Source of the DNA: Alphaproteobacteria bacterium
GTDB taxonomy: Bacteria > Pseudomonadota > Alphaproteobacteria > Bin95
Length of the DNA stretch: 64,000 bases
Direction of reading: 5' to 3'
NCBI GenBank assembly: GCA_963665325.3
Contig: OZ224045.1
Span: 2,432,001 to 2,496,000 of the forward strand
A model generated the notes under the pieces. It saw only the letters and a list, made by a program, of their open reading frames with translations, made no database searches and was not told the DNA's origin. Shown one piece after another: positions 1 to 9,888 of the stretch. Within the stretch, counting starts at the first letter, position 1. Each line of letters begins with the position of its first letter. The translations under genes and the position numbers were made by a program.

Positions 1-80
1 CGAGGGACGCCGCGGGGCTTGTTCGGCAGCAGCGGCTCAATCACACGCCATTCGAAGTCCGTCAGATCGTAGCGGCCCAT
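1..80 (-). CDS. IS5-family transposase, N-terminus only (partial)
   Basis: Translated by hand: MGRYDLTDFEWRVIEPLLPNKPRGVP, the typical 'xRYDLTDxEWxxIEPLLP' start of IS5-family transposases. GGAG lies immediately before the ATG. Not in the ORF track. Confidence 0.85.
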   Translation of the reverse strand, partial: MGRYDLTDFEWRVIEPLLPNKPRGVP

Positions 81-154
81 CTCCAAGCTCCCTGAGGTTG
101 GGAGCTTGAATCACATCTTCGCAAATCACGAAACACCTTATGGGTACACGACCT
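1..154 (-). mobile_element. Left end of an IS5-family insertion sequence (IS427/IS1031-like); continues beyond the window start
   Basis: The minus strand reads CTAG|GTCGTGTACCCATAAGG... and then a transposase start at 80. The element ends at a CTAG (153-156), consistent with the TA/CTAG targets of IS5-family elements, and truncates the adjacent P450. Confidence 0.8.
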
Positions 155-776
155 AGTATTCATGTTGGCCGCTGCACCGACGCTTCAAAGCATTTATGTC
201 GGCGACCTTTTGGGCTTTGCGCTTTACGAAATGGCCAAACATCCTGAGCTCGCAGCGCAGATCAGGGAGGAAGCAAACATCTTTTTTGATGACGAGGGCG
301 TGGACCGTGGCAAATTTCTGCAGCAATCCGATACGGCTTCACGTCGTTTTCTTATGGAGTGTTTGCGGATGTACCCCATTGTCTGTATGCAAGCCCGGAA
401 CGTGGCGAACTCCTGCACGGTGGAGAATTTCGCTTTGCCTCTCGGGGAACAGGTGATAATCGCGCAATCCGCAGCTCACTATATGGATGACAGTTTTCCG
501 GATCCTTACAAGTTTGACATTGATCGCTATTTGCCTCCACGCAACGAGCATCAAAGGCGCGATTACGCGCCATACGGTCTTGGGACGCATATGTGTGTGG
601 GGTACGTATGGATGAATTTGCAAATGATTGTGACTCTACTGATGATCGCATATCACTTCGAGTTCGCGCCGCCGCCGGAAAATCACAAGCTCAAGATCAG
701 TCCATTTCCTACCTTGTCAGTTTCAAAAAAGCTCAAGCTCCGCATTGCAAATAGGCTTCATGAATTATCGGCGTGA
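153..776 (+). pseudogene. Cytochrome P450, C-terminal part, 5'-truncated by the IS5 insertion
   Basis: ExxR (ECLR), a PERF-like FDIDRY and the heme motif APYGLGTHMCVG are present. Only ~205 aa remain, and the frame runs back to the IS junction. Confidence 0.85.
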
Positions 777-843
777 AACCTTTGTTTACCTTTCACTGAT
801 TGCCCCAATGCAGACCTGACGCAGAGGAGCTTCGTAGGTAGCC

Positions 844-3189
844 ATGCCGCTAATCGCCAAAGGTGCCAAATCGCGTTTTTTTAACCTAATTGTGACTCGA
901 TGCGTATGGACGGTAGTCGCCTCGGTCGCGGTCATCGCGGCCCTGGCGGCGGGAATGCAGCATCTGGTAGTAGTCGATGTGGGCATTCGAAATCATTTCA
1001 ATGAAAATGATCCACAACTGGCCAAATTGGAACAATTCGAAGAAGCGTATGCAGTGTCGGACAGCGTGCTTGTTGTTGTCGCACCCACCGGCGACACGAT
1101 TTTTACGCGCGAGGCACTGCTGACCATTGAGAAGCTAACCGATGCGCTGTGGTGGACGCCGTATGCTACCCGTGTTACCTCAATCACTAATCACTCACAT
1201 ACGGAGGGAAACGAAACGGGATTGGTTGTCGAGCCGTTGGTCAAAGACGCGACCTCGCTTGACAAAATGGAAATCGATAGAATTCAAACGATTGCACTTT
1301 CCAGTCAAGAGATAGCCGGTCGCCTGGTTTCTCACGATGGCCGTCTGGCGGGGTTGGTTGTTAGTCTAGCTCTTCCCGAAGAGGATCGGGAGAAGACAAA
1401 GCTTGAAGTGGTCAACGCACTCTCCGGTCTCATCAATGAGCAGCGCGGCGCATACTCGGACGTCGAATATCACATCTACGGGGAATTGTTGCTGGATCAG
1501 ACGATCCGCAAGGCGCTGGATGAAGATATGTCCGTTCTTGCGCCGATTGCGTTTGTGACGATGATGCTGGTTGCCATCGTCGTATTGCGTTCGGTTTGGG
1601 GTGTTTTAGGCATATTGACGATGCTGATAGCGGTTATGACTTCTGGCTTCGGTTTCGCAGGCTGGGTCGGTCTAAAGTTTTTTGCGGAGAGCGCAGCAGC
1701 ACTATTCGTGTTAATGGCCATCGCGATCGCGCACTCCGTACACTTGATCCAAGGAATGACGAAGGGCATGCATGACGGGATGGAGCGCAGGGCCGCGATC
1801 ATTCACGCACTGGAAATCAATGGCCGTCCGATTTTTTTGACTTCGATCACCACCGCGATTGGGTTTTTGAGTTTAAATTTTTCAGAAATGCCTCCGTTTC
1901 GAGTGATGGGAAATATTGTGGCGATTGGTGCCATGTGTGCGTTTGTTTATTCGGTTACTCTTTTGCCAGCACTGTTGGCAGTGATGCCTATGCGGGCTCC
2001 AGTCAAGGGGGAAGCTGGGGTAGAGGTTTTTGACCGCTTGGGCAGTTTTGTTGTTTCGAAGAGCACCGCGCTGCTTTGCGTTTTTGCTGTGCTGTCGTTG
2101 GTGAGCGCAATTGGAGTCTCGAGAATTGAGTTAAACGATAATAATCTAAAGCTACTTGATGAAAGTTACGAGCTGCGGAGGTCTGCGGACTTCATCAACC
2201 GGAATTTTTCTGGTTTAGATACATTGGAGTATTCATTGAGCTCCGGGCGAGAGGGGGGAGTTACTGACATAGACTATCTGCGTCAAGTCGATGCATTCGC
2301 TCAATGGCTACGGGGGCAACCGGAGGTCTCGCACGTGACCTCGATTGTCGATATACTGAAACGGTTGAACCAAGATCTGCATAGTGGGGCTGATGGTTCC
2401 TATGCTCTTCCCGAGAACTCGGACCTTGCGGCTCAGTACCTGGTTCTTTATGAGTTTTCTCTTCCGGTCGGGCTCGATTTGAACAATCTGATCAAGTTTG
2501 ACCGTTCAGCAACTCGCATGACAGTTGTGATCGAGTTCATGTCGGTCAGGGAGCAGATAGAACTCGATGACCGTGCGTTAGCTTGGTTGCAAAAGAATGC
2601 GCCCGAAATTCAAACCGGAGCGACCGGCGTTACAATGGTCAGTGCTTATTCAGTGATGAGGAATATCGTCAAGATGTTGATCGGCACCATTATCGCGATG
2701 TCCATCGTTTCGGTTATTTTGATTTTTGTCTTTAAGAGTGTACGTTTGGGACTATTGAGTTTGGTGCCTAATTTTCTGCCAGCCATTATCGCGATGGGGG
2801 TATGGGGTTATGCTGTTGGGACGGTTAGTATTGCCGCATCGATTGTTACGGCGATAGCGTTTGGTATTATCGTGGACGATACCATTCATTTGTTATCGAA
2901 TTACCTGAGAATGCGTGATGAGGGCAGGGCGCCTGCGGAGGCAATCGTACCGACTTTCAAACAGGTCGGTAAGCCGCTGTTGGTTACCACGTTGATTTTC
3001 GCATTGGGATTTTTGGTCTTCGGTGCATCGGGCCTTTCGACCAATCAGACACTCGGGGTTTTGGTGGGTCTCACGATTGTCATTGCATTGGTCGCTGATT
3101 TCCTTTTGTTCCCGGCGCTGCTTGTGGTGCTCGATAGTCGGAGATCGCGATCGAATGAGCCTGCTCCGGATAGGCCGCAGGGGGTGTAG
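844..3189 (+). CDS. MMPL/RND-superfamily lipid transporter
   Basis: 781 aa with two periplasmic domains and two TM bundles; motifs TSITTAIGFLSL and GIIVDDTIH. AT-richer than the backbone. Confidence 0.88.
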   Translation: MPLIAKGAKSRFFNLIVTRCVWTVVASVAVIAALAAGMQHLVVVDVGIRNHFNENDPQLAKLEQFEEAYAVSDSVLVVVAPTGDTIFTREALLTIEKLTDALWWTPYATRVTSITNHSHTEGNETGLVVEPLVKDATSLDKMEIDRIQTIALSSQEIAGRLVSHDGRLAGLVVSLALPEEDREKTKLEVVNALSGLINEQRGAYSDVEYHIYGELLLDQTIRKALDEDMSVLAPIAFVTMMLVAIVVLRSVWGVLGILTMLIAVMTSGFGFAGWVGLKFFAESAAALFVLMAIAIAHSVHLIQGMTKGMHDGMERRAAIIHALEINGRPIFLTSITTAIGFLSLNFSEMPPFRVMGNIVAIGAMCAFVYSVTLLPALLAVMPMRAPVKGEAGVEVFDRLGSFVVSKSTALLCVFAVLSLVSAIGVSRIELNDNNLKLLDESYELRRSADFINRNFSGLDTLEYSLSSGREGGVTDIDYLRQVDAFAQWLRGQPEVSHVTSIVDILKRLNQDLHSGADGSYALPENSDLAAQYLVLYEFSLPVGLDLNNLIKFDRSATRMTVVIEFMSVREQIELDDRALAWLQKNAPEIQTGATGVTMVSAYSVMRNIVKMLIGTIIAMSIVSVILIFVFKSVRLGLLSLVPNFLPAIIAMGVWGYAVGTVSIAASIVTAIAFGIIVDDTIHLLSNYLRMRDEGRAPAEAIVPTFKQVGKPLLVTTLIFALGFLVFGASGLSTNQTLGVLVGLTIVIALVADFLLFPALLVVLDSRRSRSNEPAPDRPQGV

Positions 3190-3295
3190 TTGGGGATTTG
3201 GGTCGTTTATGGCGTTGATGAGGCGCGAAGCGGGATTTGTAAGGTAGACGGCCTGATTGAGCCGGCTGTGTTCGTGGCATTTCCACGGCAGGAGT

Positions 3296-3573
3296 GTATG
3301 CATCCTCCGAAGGCCGCAGGGGTAGGTAGGCTGCCTTTGAGCGGTGGGTGCGTGGGAGGCGGATTGGTTTGTGGCGTGGGCCGGCTTATGTGGCTTGATC
3401 GGGCCTCTGCTCCGGAACCGAGTTCCAGGGAAGGAGTTCGTCGAGTCGGCTCTGCGGGGTCTCGGCGATCGGGCCGAGAACATCGGCGAACCAGGCCTGC
3501 GGATCGACGTTGTTTAGCTTGGCGGTGCCGATCAGCGTGTAGATCGCCGCCGCCCGGATGCCGCCGCGGCCGG
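3296..3573 (-). mobile_element. IS66-family remnant (TnpC C-terminal fragment plus right terminal IR)
   Basis: The minus strand encodes GRGGIRAAAIYTLIGTAKLNNVDPQAWFADVL...SRLDELLPWN, the IS66 C-terminal motif, with a stop at 3386. GTATGCATCC at 3296 resembles the GTAAGC-type IS66 end. Confidence 0.8.
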
Positions 3574-3576
3574 CCG

Positions 3577-4377
3577 TCAGCCGATACGGGCGGACATGCC
3601 GCCATCGACCGGCAGGTTGACACCGGTGATGAACCCGGCTTCGTCCGAGGCGAGGAACAATGCCGCATGGGCGGTGTCCCAGCCCGTCCCCATCTTCTTG
3701 TTGAGCGGGATCTGGGCGTCGCGGGACGCGCGGACCTCTTCGGCGGAAACGCCGCTCCTGCGGACGCGGTAGCCGATGGAGATCGGCGTGTCCATCAGGC
3801 CCGGCATGATGACGTTGCAGCGTATGCCATAGTCCCAATTGGTGCTGGCGAGCATGTGGCAGAAGGCATTCATGCCGGCCTTGGACGCCTTGTAGATCAC
3901 GCGGTCGGCCGCACAGACAGCGATGATCGAGGATACCGCGACAATCGCGCCCGACCGCTGCTCGCGCATGATCGGCACGACCAGCCGAGACGTGCGGTAG
4001 AGACCCTTCAGGTTGACGTCCATCACCCGGTCCCAGACCTCTTCCGGCAGCGACATCGGGTCGTTATCCAGCCCGTCTCCGGTGATGCCTACATTGTAGT
4101 GCAGGATGTCGATGCGCCCGTGCCGGTCGGTGCAGGCCGCAACGAAGGCGGCGCAGTCCCCGTTGCTGGTCACGTCGCCCCGCACCGCGATGCAGTCGCC
4201 GCCTTCCGCGCGGATCATGGCAGCAGTCTCCTCGGCCGAGGCGAGGTTGTTGTCCACCGCCACCACCTTCGCCCCCTCGCGCGCAAACAGGATCGCCGTC
4301 GCGCGGCCGTTGCCGACCGTGTCGCCGTCCTGCTGTCCGGCGCCCACGACCAGCGCCACCTTGTCCTTCAGCTTCAT
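3577..4377 (-). CDS. SDR family NAD(P)-dependent oxidoreductase
   Basis: Motifs VALVVGAG...GNGRA, YNVG, YKASK, PG, and C-terminal VDGG. Confidence 0.92.
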   Translation of the reverse strand: MKLKDKVALVVGAGQQDGDTVGNGRATAILFAREGAKVVAVDNNLASAEETAAMIRAEGGDCIAVRGDVTSNGDCAAFVAACTDRHGRIDILHYNVGITGDGLDNDPMSLPEEVWDRVMDVNLKGLYRTSRLVVPIMREQRSGAIVAVSSIIAVCAADRVIYKASKAGMNAFCHMLASTNWDYGIRCNVIMPGLMDTPISIGYRVRRSGVSAEEVRASRDAQIPLNKKMGTGWDTAHAALFLASDEAGFITGVNLPVDGGMSARIG

Positions 4378-4502
4378 CGCTCTCGTCCGCCGACCGCTCC
4401 GGTTACGCCTTCCATCTTGCTCCCGCCGCCGACCATCCTCAACCGCGCTCCGGAGCGCCGCCGATGAGCATTCCCCTGTCGGTCATGTTATTCGTAAGCG
4501 CC

Positions 4503-5396
4503 ATGGCGCAAGAACCGCTCGAAGACGATCCGGAGACGTCGCCGCGCTACCTCACGACGAAAGAAGTGGCGGCACTTCTGCGCGTGAGGGAGCGCAAGGT
4601 GTACGACCTCGCCGCTGTCGGCGGGATTCCGCACCGGCGGATCACGGGGAAGCTGCTCTTCCCGCGCACGGAAATCCTGGCGTGGATCGAGGGAGGCGGC
4701 GGTGCCGAATCTCCGGAGCGGCCGGAGGTGCTTACCGGCTCGCACGATCCGCTGCTCGACTGGGCCGTGCGCGAATCCTCGTCGGGGCTTGCGACGCTCT
4801 GGAACGGGAGCCTCGACGGCCTGGACTCCTTCGCCGGCGGTCGCGCCGCGCTTGCCGGGCTGCATATCCCGGAGGAAGCGGACTGGAATGTCCGGACAGT
4901 TGCCGGCCGAGGCATACGCGACTCCGTGCTGATCGCCTGGGTTGCGCGGGCTCGGGGCCTCGTTCTGTCCGAGCGCGTATGCGAAGAGGTTCGCCGCATT
5001 TCCGATCTCAAGGGCAGGCGGGTCGCCATGCGCCAACCGGGCGCCGGGGCTACGGCGCTCTTCGAGAAGCTCCTGTCGAGGGAAGGGCTCGCGGCGACGG
5101 ACTTGGTCCCGTCGGCGGAACTGGCGCGAACCGAGAGCGATGCGGCGGCAGCCGTGGCTGCGGGAGACGCGGATGCGGCGCTGGGCATCGAAGCAATGGC
5201 TCGGCAATTCCACTTGCCGTTCCTGCCGATTGTGCAGGAGCGGTTCGATCTGCTGATCGACCGGCGTTCCTATTTCACCGAACGGGTGCAAGCGCTCATG
5301 GCTTTCGCCCGCAGCGACGCCTTCAGCCGCAAGGCTGATGCGATGGGCGGCTACGATCTGTCCGAGACCGGTCATGTGCGCTGGCTTTCGCCCTGA
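4503..5396 (+). CDS. Excisionase-type HTH fused to a PBP-like (molybdate/tungstate-sensing) domain; transcriptional regulator
   Basis: N-terminal YLTTKEVAALLRV..RKVYDL...IPHRRITGKLLF (HTH_17), followed by GSHDPLL, GSLDGL, AGLH and RQPGAGA PBP-like motifs. The start could be 4464. Confidence 0.85.
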   Translation: MAQEPLEDDPETSPRYLTTKEVAALLRVRERKVYDLAAVGGIPHRRITGKLLFPRTEILAWIEGGGGAESPERPEVLTGSHDPLLDWAVRESSSGLATLWNGSLDGLDSFAGGRAALAGLHIPEEADWNVRTVAGRGIRDSVLIAWVARARGLVLSERVCEEVRRISDLKGRRVAMRQPGAGATALFEKLLSREGLAATDLVPSAELARTESDAAAAVAAGDADAALGIEAMARQFHLPFLPIVQERFDLLIDRRSYFTERVQALMAFARSDAFSRKADAMGGYDLSETGHVRWLSP

Positions 5397-6166
5397 CGCG
5401 CCAGCGACGGCACGCAGACCGTGCCGCCGTCCGCCAGTCGCTCCACGCGGACATCGATCCCATAAACGGCGGACAGCGCCTCCTCGGTGAGGGCGACGGC
5501 GGGCGTACCGGTTGCCCGCACACGGCCTTCGTGGAGCAAGGCGACATCGGTACCGACGGCGAAGGCGTGGTCGGGATCGTGGGTCGAGAGGATGACCGTG
5601 AGCCCGTCGGCGGCAAGCCCGGCGATTTCCCGGAGCACCAGCGCCTGGTTGCCGAAATCGAGACTGGCGGTCGGCTCATCCATGATGAGCACCTGAGTTT
5701 CCTGCGCCAGCGCCCGCGCGATCAGCACGAGCTGACGCTGGCCGCCGGAGAGCCGGGTGTAATCCGCTTCCGCCAGGTCGCCGATGCGCAGACGGTCGAG
5801 CGCGGCCCGCGCAGCTTCGCGGTCGATTTCGCCCGGTTGCGAGAAGAGGCCGAGCCGCGCCGTCCGGCCCATCAGGACAACTTCGAATGCGGACCAGGCG
5901 AAGGGTGGCGTATGTGCTTGCGGCGCATAGGCGATGCGCCGCGCAATCTCGGCTCGCGAGAGCCCGTCGAGCGGCTGGCCCTCCAGAAGCACCTGCCCGC
6001 CCCGCGCCGGAATGAGGCCGAGTTGCGTGCGGAACAGCGTGGTCTTGCCGGACCCGTTTGGGCCGAGCAGGCAGAGCACCGCGCCCGGCCCGGCGGCGAG
6101 CGTTATGCCGGACCCGACCTCGTGCCCCGGATAGCCGATCGCGAGATCGCGGGTTTCGACGGTCAT
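5372..6166 (-). CDS. Type II ABC transporter ATPase (FecE/MolC-like)
   Basis: GPNGSGKT, LSGGQRQ, MDEPT and STHDPDHA motifs. The ATG at 6166 overlaps the permease stop. Confidence 0.9.
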   Translation of the reverse strand: MTVETRDLAIGYPGHEVGSGITLAAGPGAVLCLLGPNGSGKTTLFRTQLGLIPARGGQVLLEGQPLDGLSRAEIARRIAYAPQAHTPPFAWSAFEVVLMGRTARLGLFSQPGEIDREAARAALDRLRIGDLAEADYTRLSGGQRQLVLIARALAQETQVLIMDEPTASLDFGNQALVLREIAGLAADGLTVILSTHDPDHAFAVGTDVALLHEGRVRATGTPAVALTEEALSAVYGIDVRVERLADGGTVCVPSLARQGESQRT

Positions 6167-7164
6167 GCCCATGCGCGCCGGCCCCGTGCGAGCAGCCAGA
6201 GGAAGAAGGGCGCCCCGACCACGGCGGTCAGGATGCCGAGCGGCACTTCGGCGGCGGAGATCGTGCGCGCCAGCGTATCGACCGCCAGCATATAGCCGGC
6301 GCCGAGAAGGGCGGCGGCCGGCAGGAGCCGGCCGAAGCCGGGGCCGACGAGCATGCGGGCAATATGGGGGATGACGAGCCCGACCCAGCCGACGACGCCT
6401 GCAACCGCGACGACGCTCGCCGTGATGAGGGTGGCGCAGAGGACGACAATGAGGCGGAGCCGCCCGGCCTCGATGCCGAGCGCGCGGGCCTCCTCGTCGC
6501 CTAGCGCCAGGACATTGATCCTCCAGCGCAGGAGAATCAGCGGCACGAGGCCGAAGGCCACGACCGGAGCCGCCGGGAGGAGGTCGGCGGCCTTCACTCC
6601 GGCGAGGCTGCCGAGGAGCCAGAAGGTGATGGCAGGGAGCTGGTCGTAGGGGTCGGCCAGCACTTTCAGCAGGGAGGTCGCTGCGCCTGCGAGCGCGCCG
6701 ACCACCACGCCCGCCAGCACCAGAATGAGCGTGCGGTCGCCCGTCCGTACCGCAGCCGCAACGAAGGCGACGAGCATGACGGCGCCGAGCCCGCCGGCGA
6801 ATCCCAGGAGTTGGATGGCCGCGACCGGAAGTGACAGGAATATCCCGAGAACGGCGCCGAGGCCCGCCCCGGCCGAGACGCCCAGAATGTCGGGCGACAC
6901 GAGCGGGTTGCGGAAGATCGTCTGGTAGCAGGCGCCCGCCGCCGCCAGCGCCGCGCCGACCAGCAGCGAGGCGGCCACCCTCGGGAGCCGGATCGCCAGC
7001 AGCACCGTTTCCGCCTGGCTCGTGCTTTCGCGGCCCGTCAGCACGGATATCGCTTCGACGAGCCCGAGCGGATAAGGCCCAATCAGGAGCGCGGCGAAGC
7101 TGCTGAGGATCAGCGCGCAGGTAAGCCAAAGCGCCGTTCCCCCATGCGTGCGAACGGCGGTCAC
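6163..7164 (-). CDS. Type II ABC transporter permease (FecCD/MolB-like)
   Basis: IRLPRV, FRNPLVSPDILGVSAGA, LGDEEARALG and GWVGLVIPH motifs. The GTG at 7164 overlaps the upstream stop. Confidence 0.9.
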   Translation of the reverse strand: MTAVRTHGGTALWLTCALILSSFAALLIGPYPLGLVEAISVLTGRESTSQAETVLLAIRLPRVAASLLVGAALAAAGACYQTIFRNPLVSPDILGVSAGAGLGAVLGIFLSLPVAAIQLLGFAGGLGAVMLVAFVAAAVRTGDRTLILVLAGVVVGALAGAATSLLKVLADPYDQLPAITFWLLGSLAGVKAADLLPAAPVVAFGLVPLILLRWRINVLALGDEEARALGIEAGRLRLIVVLCATLITASVVAVAGVVGWVGLVIPHIARMLVGPGFGRLLPAAALLGAGYMLAVDTLARTISAAEVPLGILTAVVGAPFFLWLLARGRRAWA

Positions 7165-8198
7165 GGTGCGCGTCCGCCCGCCCACTCCAGCAGCCGGTCG
7201 AGCTTCGCTTGGCCGAGGTCGACATGGTACCAGAGCTTGTAGAAAGCCCTGGTTTCGGCGCGCAGGTCGCCCGGCCACAGATCGGGATAGAAGAGGCCGG
7301 CGAGCCATTTCAGTCCCATCATCCGGTTGATGGAAGGCGGCCGGTCGATCCAGCCGAACGGCGCGGTCGGGGAGAGATAGACCCGGCCCCGGCGGACGGC
7401 TGCAATCCCCTGCCAGAGGGGTTCCTTCCAGACGCGGTCGTAGAAGGTCTGGTCCCAGGTGACGATGGTGTCGGGGTCCGCCACGATCACCTGCTCGGGC
7501 GACGCCCGGACGAGCCCGTAGCGGCCCGGCACATCGGCCACGTTCCGTCCGCCCGCAAGTTCGATGATCTCGGTGTTGATGGACCCCTTCAGCCCCGTCT
7601 CGAGGCCGTCCGGCCCGCGGGCGAGATAGACGCGCGGGCGCTCCTTTGCGGGCACGGCGCCGAGCGCGGCCTCGAGTTGCGCGAAGGTGGCCTCGACATC
7701 CGCCGCAAGGGCCTCTCCGCGTTCCGGAACGCCGAGCGCCTCGCCCAGAAGGCGGAGCGAGGCCGCCGTTTCGGAAAAGCGTCCGTTGACGAGGACATAG
7801 GGAATTCCCGTCTGTTCCTGGACGCGGTTTGCGAGGTCGATATACGTGTCCCGCACGGACCCGAAATCCACGATGAGGTCGGGCTTGAGCGCAATCACCC
7901 GTTCGAGGTTTGCGCCGCCGCCGCGGCCGGTGAGCCGGCCTGTCTCGGGAAGCTCGCGCCAGGGTTCGGCGATATAGGGCTTCTCGTAGTCCCGGAGTGC
8001 GCGCGGCCATCCGAGCAGCGCCTCCGGCTTGAGCGCATAGACCAGGATCGAAGCGGGCGGCCCGGCCGCAAAGACACGCTCCACCCGGTCCGGGATTTCC
8101 ACGGCCCTGCCGGCGGAGTCCTCCACCATGCGCGCTTCGACCGATATGGCGAGGCTGGCGAGCGCAACCGCCAGCAGGGAACGCAAGAACCCTGTCAT
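7161..8198 (-). CDS. Class III (TroA-like) substrate-binding protein, MolA-like; probably molybdate/tungstate by context
   Basis: Signal peptide; motifs VEDSAGRAV, LKPDLI and PFGWIDRPPSINR. The substrate is inferred from gene context only. Confidence 0.8.
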   Translation of the reverse strand: MTGFLRSLLAVALASLAISVEARMVEDSAGRAVEIPDRVERVFAAGPPASILVYALKPEALLGWPRALRDYEKPYIAEPWRELPETGRLTGRGGGANLERVIALKPDLIVDFGSVRDTYIDLANRVQEQTGIPYVLVNGRFSETAASLRLLGEALGVPERGEALAADVEATFAQLEAALGAVPAKERPRVYLARGPDGLETGLKGSINTEIIELAGGRNVADVPGRYGLVRASPEQVIVADPDTIVTWDQTFYDRVWKEPLWQGIAAVRRGRVYLSPTAPFGWIDRPPSINRMMGLKWLAGLFYPDLWPGDLRAETRAFYKLWYHVDLGQAKLDRLLEWAGGRAP

Positions 8199-8255
8199 CC
8201 CGCAATCCTTATGCCAGCCGGTCCCGCCATGCCAGCGAAGGCCCGCCTGCATCCG

Positions 8256-9083
8256 TCAGCCGCCGGCGTTCGGGAAGAAGAGCTGCTTGCCGTCCACCTT
8301 GTAGGATGCGATGGCCGCCTGCCCCTCCCGGGAGAGCATCCAGTCGAGGAATTGCCGGCCAAGACCGGCCCTGACATTCGGGTGCTTCTCCGGGTTCACC
8401 AGCACGATGCCGTACTGGTTGAACAGCCTGGGGTCGCCCTCGACGAGGACCCGGTGGCCGTTCTTGTTGCCGAAACTCATCCAGGTGGCGCGGTCGGCCA
8501 GCACGTAGGCGCCCATGCCGGCGCCCATGTTGAGCGTTGCGCCCATGCCCGAACCGGTTTCGCGGTACCAGCCGCCTGAGGCTGCCGCCACATCCACCCC
8601 GGCTTCTGCCCAGAGTGCGAGTTCCGCCTTGTGCGTGCCGCTGTCGTCGCCGCGCGAGGCGAAGGGAGCCTCGGCCCTTGCAATCCTGCTAAGCGCCGCC
8701 ACGACATCGTTCGACCCCGCGACACCGGCGGGGTCCTCATCCGGGCCGACTATGACGAAATCGTTGTACATGAGGTCGAAGCGCGCGATGCCGTTACCCT
8801 CCGCCACGAACTCTTCCTCGGAGGGTTTCGAGTGGACGAGCAGCACGTCGCCGTCGCCATTGGCCGCATTCCTGATCGCCTGGCCCGTGCCCACCGCGAC
8901 GACCCGCACCTCGATACCGGTCTTCTGCCGGAACAGCGGCAGGATGTGGTCGTACAGGCCCGAGTTCTGAATTGATGTCGTGGACTGGACGACGATGAAT
9001 TTTTCCGTCGCGGCCAGCGGTCCAACCGCGATGAACCCGGCTGCCGCGAGCGCAAGGACGATAGGCCGGAACACGATATCCAC
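8256..9083 (-). CDS. tupA: Tungstate ABC transporter substrate-binding protein
   Basis: Motifs STTS..NSGL, VGTGQA, DGDVLLVH, MYNDFVIVGP, FASRGDDSGTH and GMGATL. The GTG start (9083 or 9074) is uncertain. Confidence 0.88.
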   Translation of the reverse strand: MDIVFRPIVLALAAAGFIAVGPLAATEKFIVVQSTTSIQNSGLYDHILPLFRQKTGIEVRVVAVGTGQAIRNAANGDGDVLLVHSKPSEEEFVAEGNGIARFDLMYNDFVIVGPDEDPAGVAGSNDVVAALSRIARAEAPFASRGDDSGTHKAELALWAEAGVDVAAASGGWYRETGSGMGATLNMGAGMGAYVLADRATWMSFGNKNGHRVLVEGDPRLFNQYGIVLVNPEKHPNVRAGLGRQFLDWMLSREGQAAIASYKVDGKQLFFPNAGG

Positions 9084-9093
9084 GCCCGCGGGT

Positions 9094-9888
9094 CTATGCT
9101 TTCGGGGACGGCGAATCGAGATAGAGGCGGCCCTGCAGCCAGGCGCGGGCGGCTTCCGAGCGGGGCGCATCCAGCACATCTTCCACGCGGCCGGTTTCCA
9201 CGACCCGTCCGCCATGCAGGAAAACCAGATCGTCGCCGAGGCGCCGCGCCTGCCCGATGTCATGCGTGACGAGCACGGTCGCGACGCCGCTCTCATGCGC
9301 TTCGGCGACCAGCCGTTCGATGGCGTGGGTCGAGCCCGGATCGAGGCTGGCCGTCGGTTCGTCGAGGAACAGTACGCGCGGCGCACAGGCCAGCGCGCGC
9401 ACGACCGCCAGACGCTGCTGCTCGCCCCCCGACAATACGCGCGCCGGACGGTTCGCCAGGTCGCCGAGGCGCGAGCGTTCCATCGCTTCGGCTTCCCGCG
9501 CTTTGCGCTCCGGCCCTGCCAGCCCGCGCACCGCGAGCGCGAAGCGCAGATTGCCGAGCACGGAGCGGCGCAGCAACACCGGGCGCTGGAACACCATGGC
9601 CTGATCGCGGCGGCCGTCCCGGTCCAGGGGGCGTCCCTGCCATAGCACTTCGCCTGCAGTCGGCCGGATCAGGCCGTGAAGCAGGCGCAACAGCAGGCTC
9701 TTTCCGGCGCCGTTGGCGCCCATGATCACGGTACGCGTCCGGGGCCGGATATCGATGTCGATGCCGTCGATGAGCCGCTTGCCGCCGCCATCGAAGCGGA
9801 GGCCGCGCGCCCGAAGCAACGCGCCGCAAGGGCCTTCGCCCTGCAGCGGGGACGCCGGCGCGGTCATATCGGGCGCTGCGTCAAACAT
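9094..9888 (-). CDS. tupC: Tungstate ABC transporter ATPase
   Basis: GANGAGKS, LSGGEQQR and LDEPTASLDP motifs; lies between tupB and tupA. Confidence 0.85.
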   Translation of the reverse strand: MFDAAPDMTAPASPLQGEGPCGALLRARGLRFDGGGKRLIDGIDIDIRPRTRTVIMGANGAGKSLLLRLLHGLIRPTAGEVLWQGRPLDRDGRRDQAMVFQRPVLLRRSVLGNLRFALAVRGLAGPERKAREAEAMERSRLGDLANRPARVLSGGEQQRLAVVRALACAPRVLFLDEPTASLDPGSTHAIERLVAEAHESGVATVLVTHDIGQARRLGDDLVFLHGGRVVETGRVEDVLDAPRSEAARAWLQGRLYLDSPSPKA

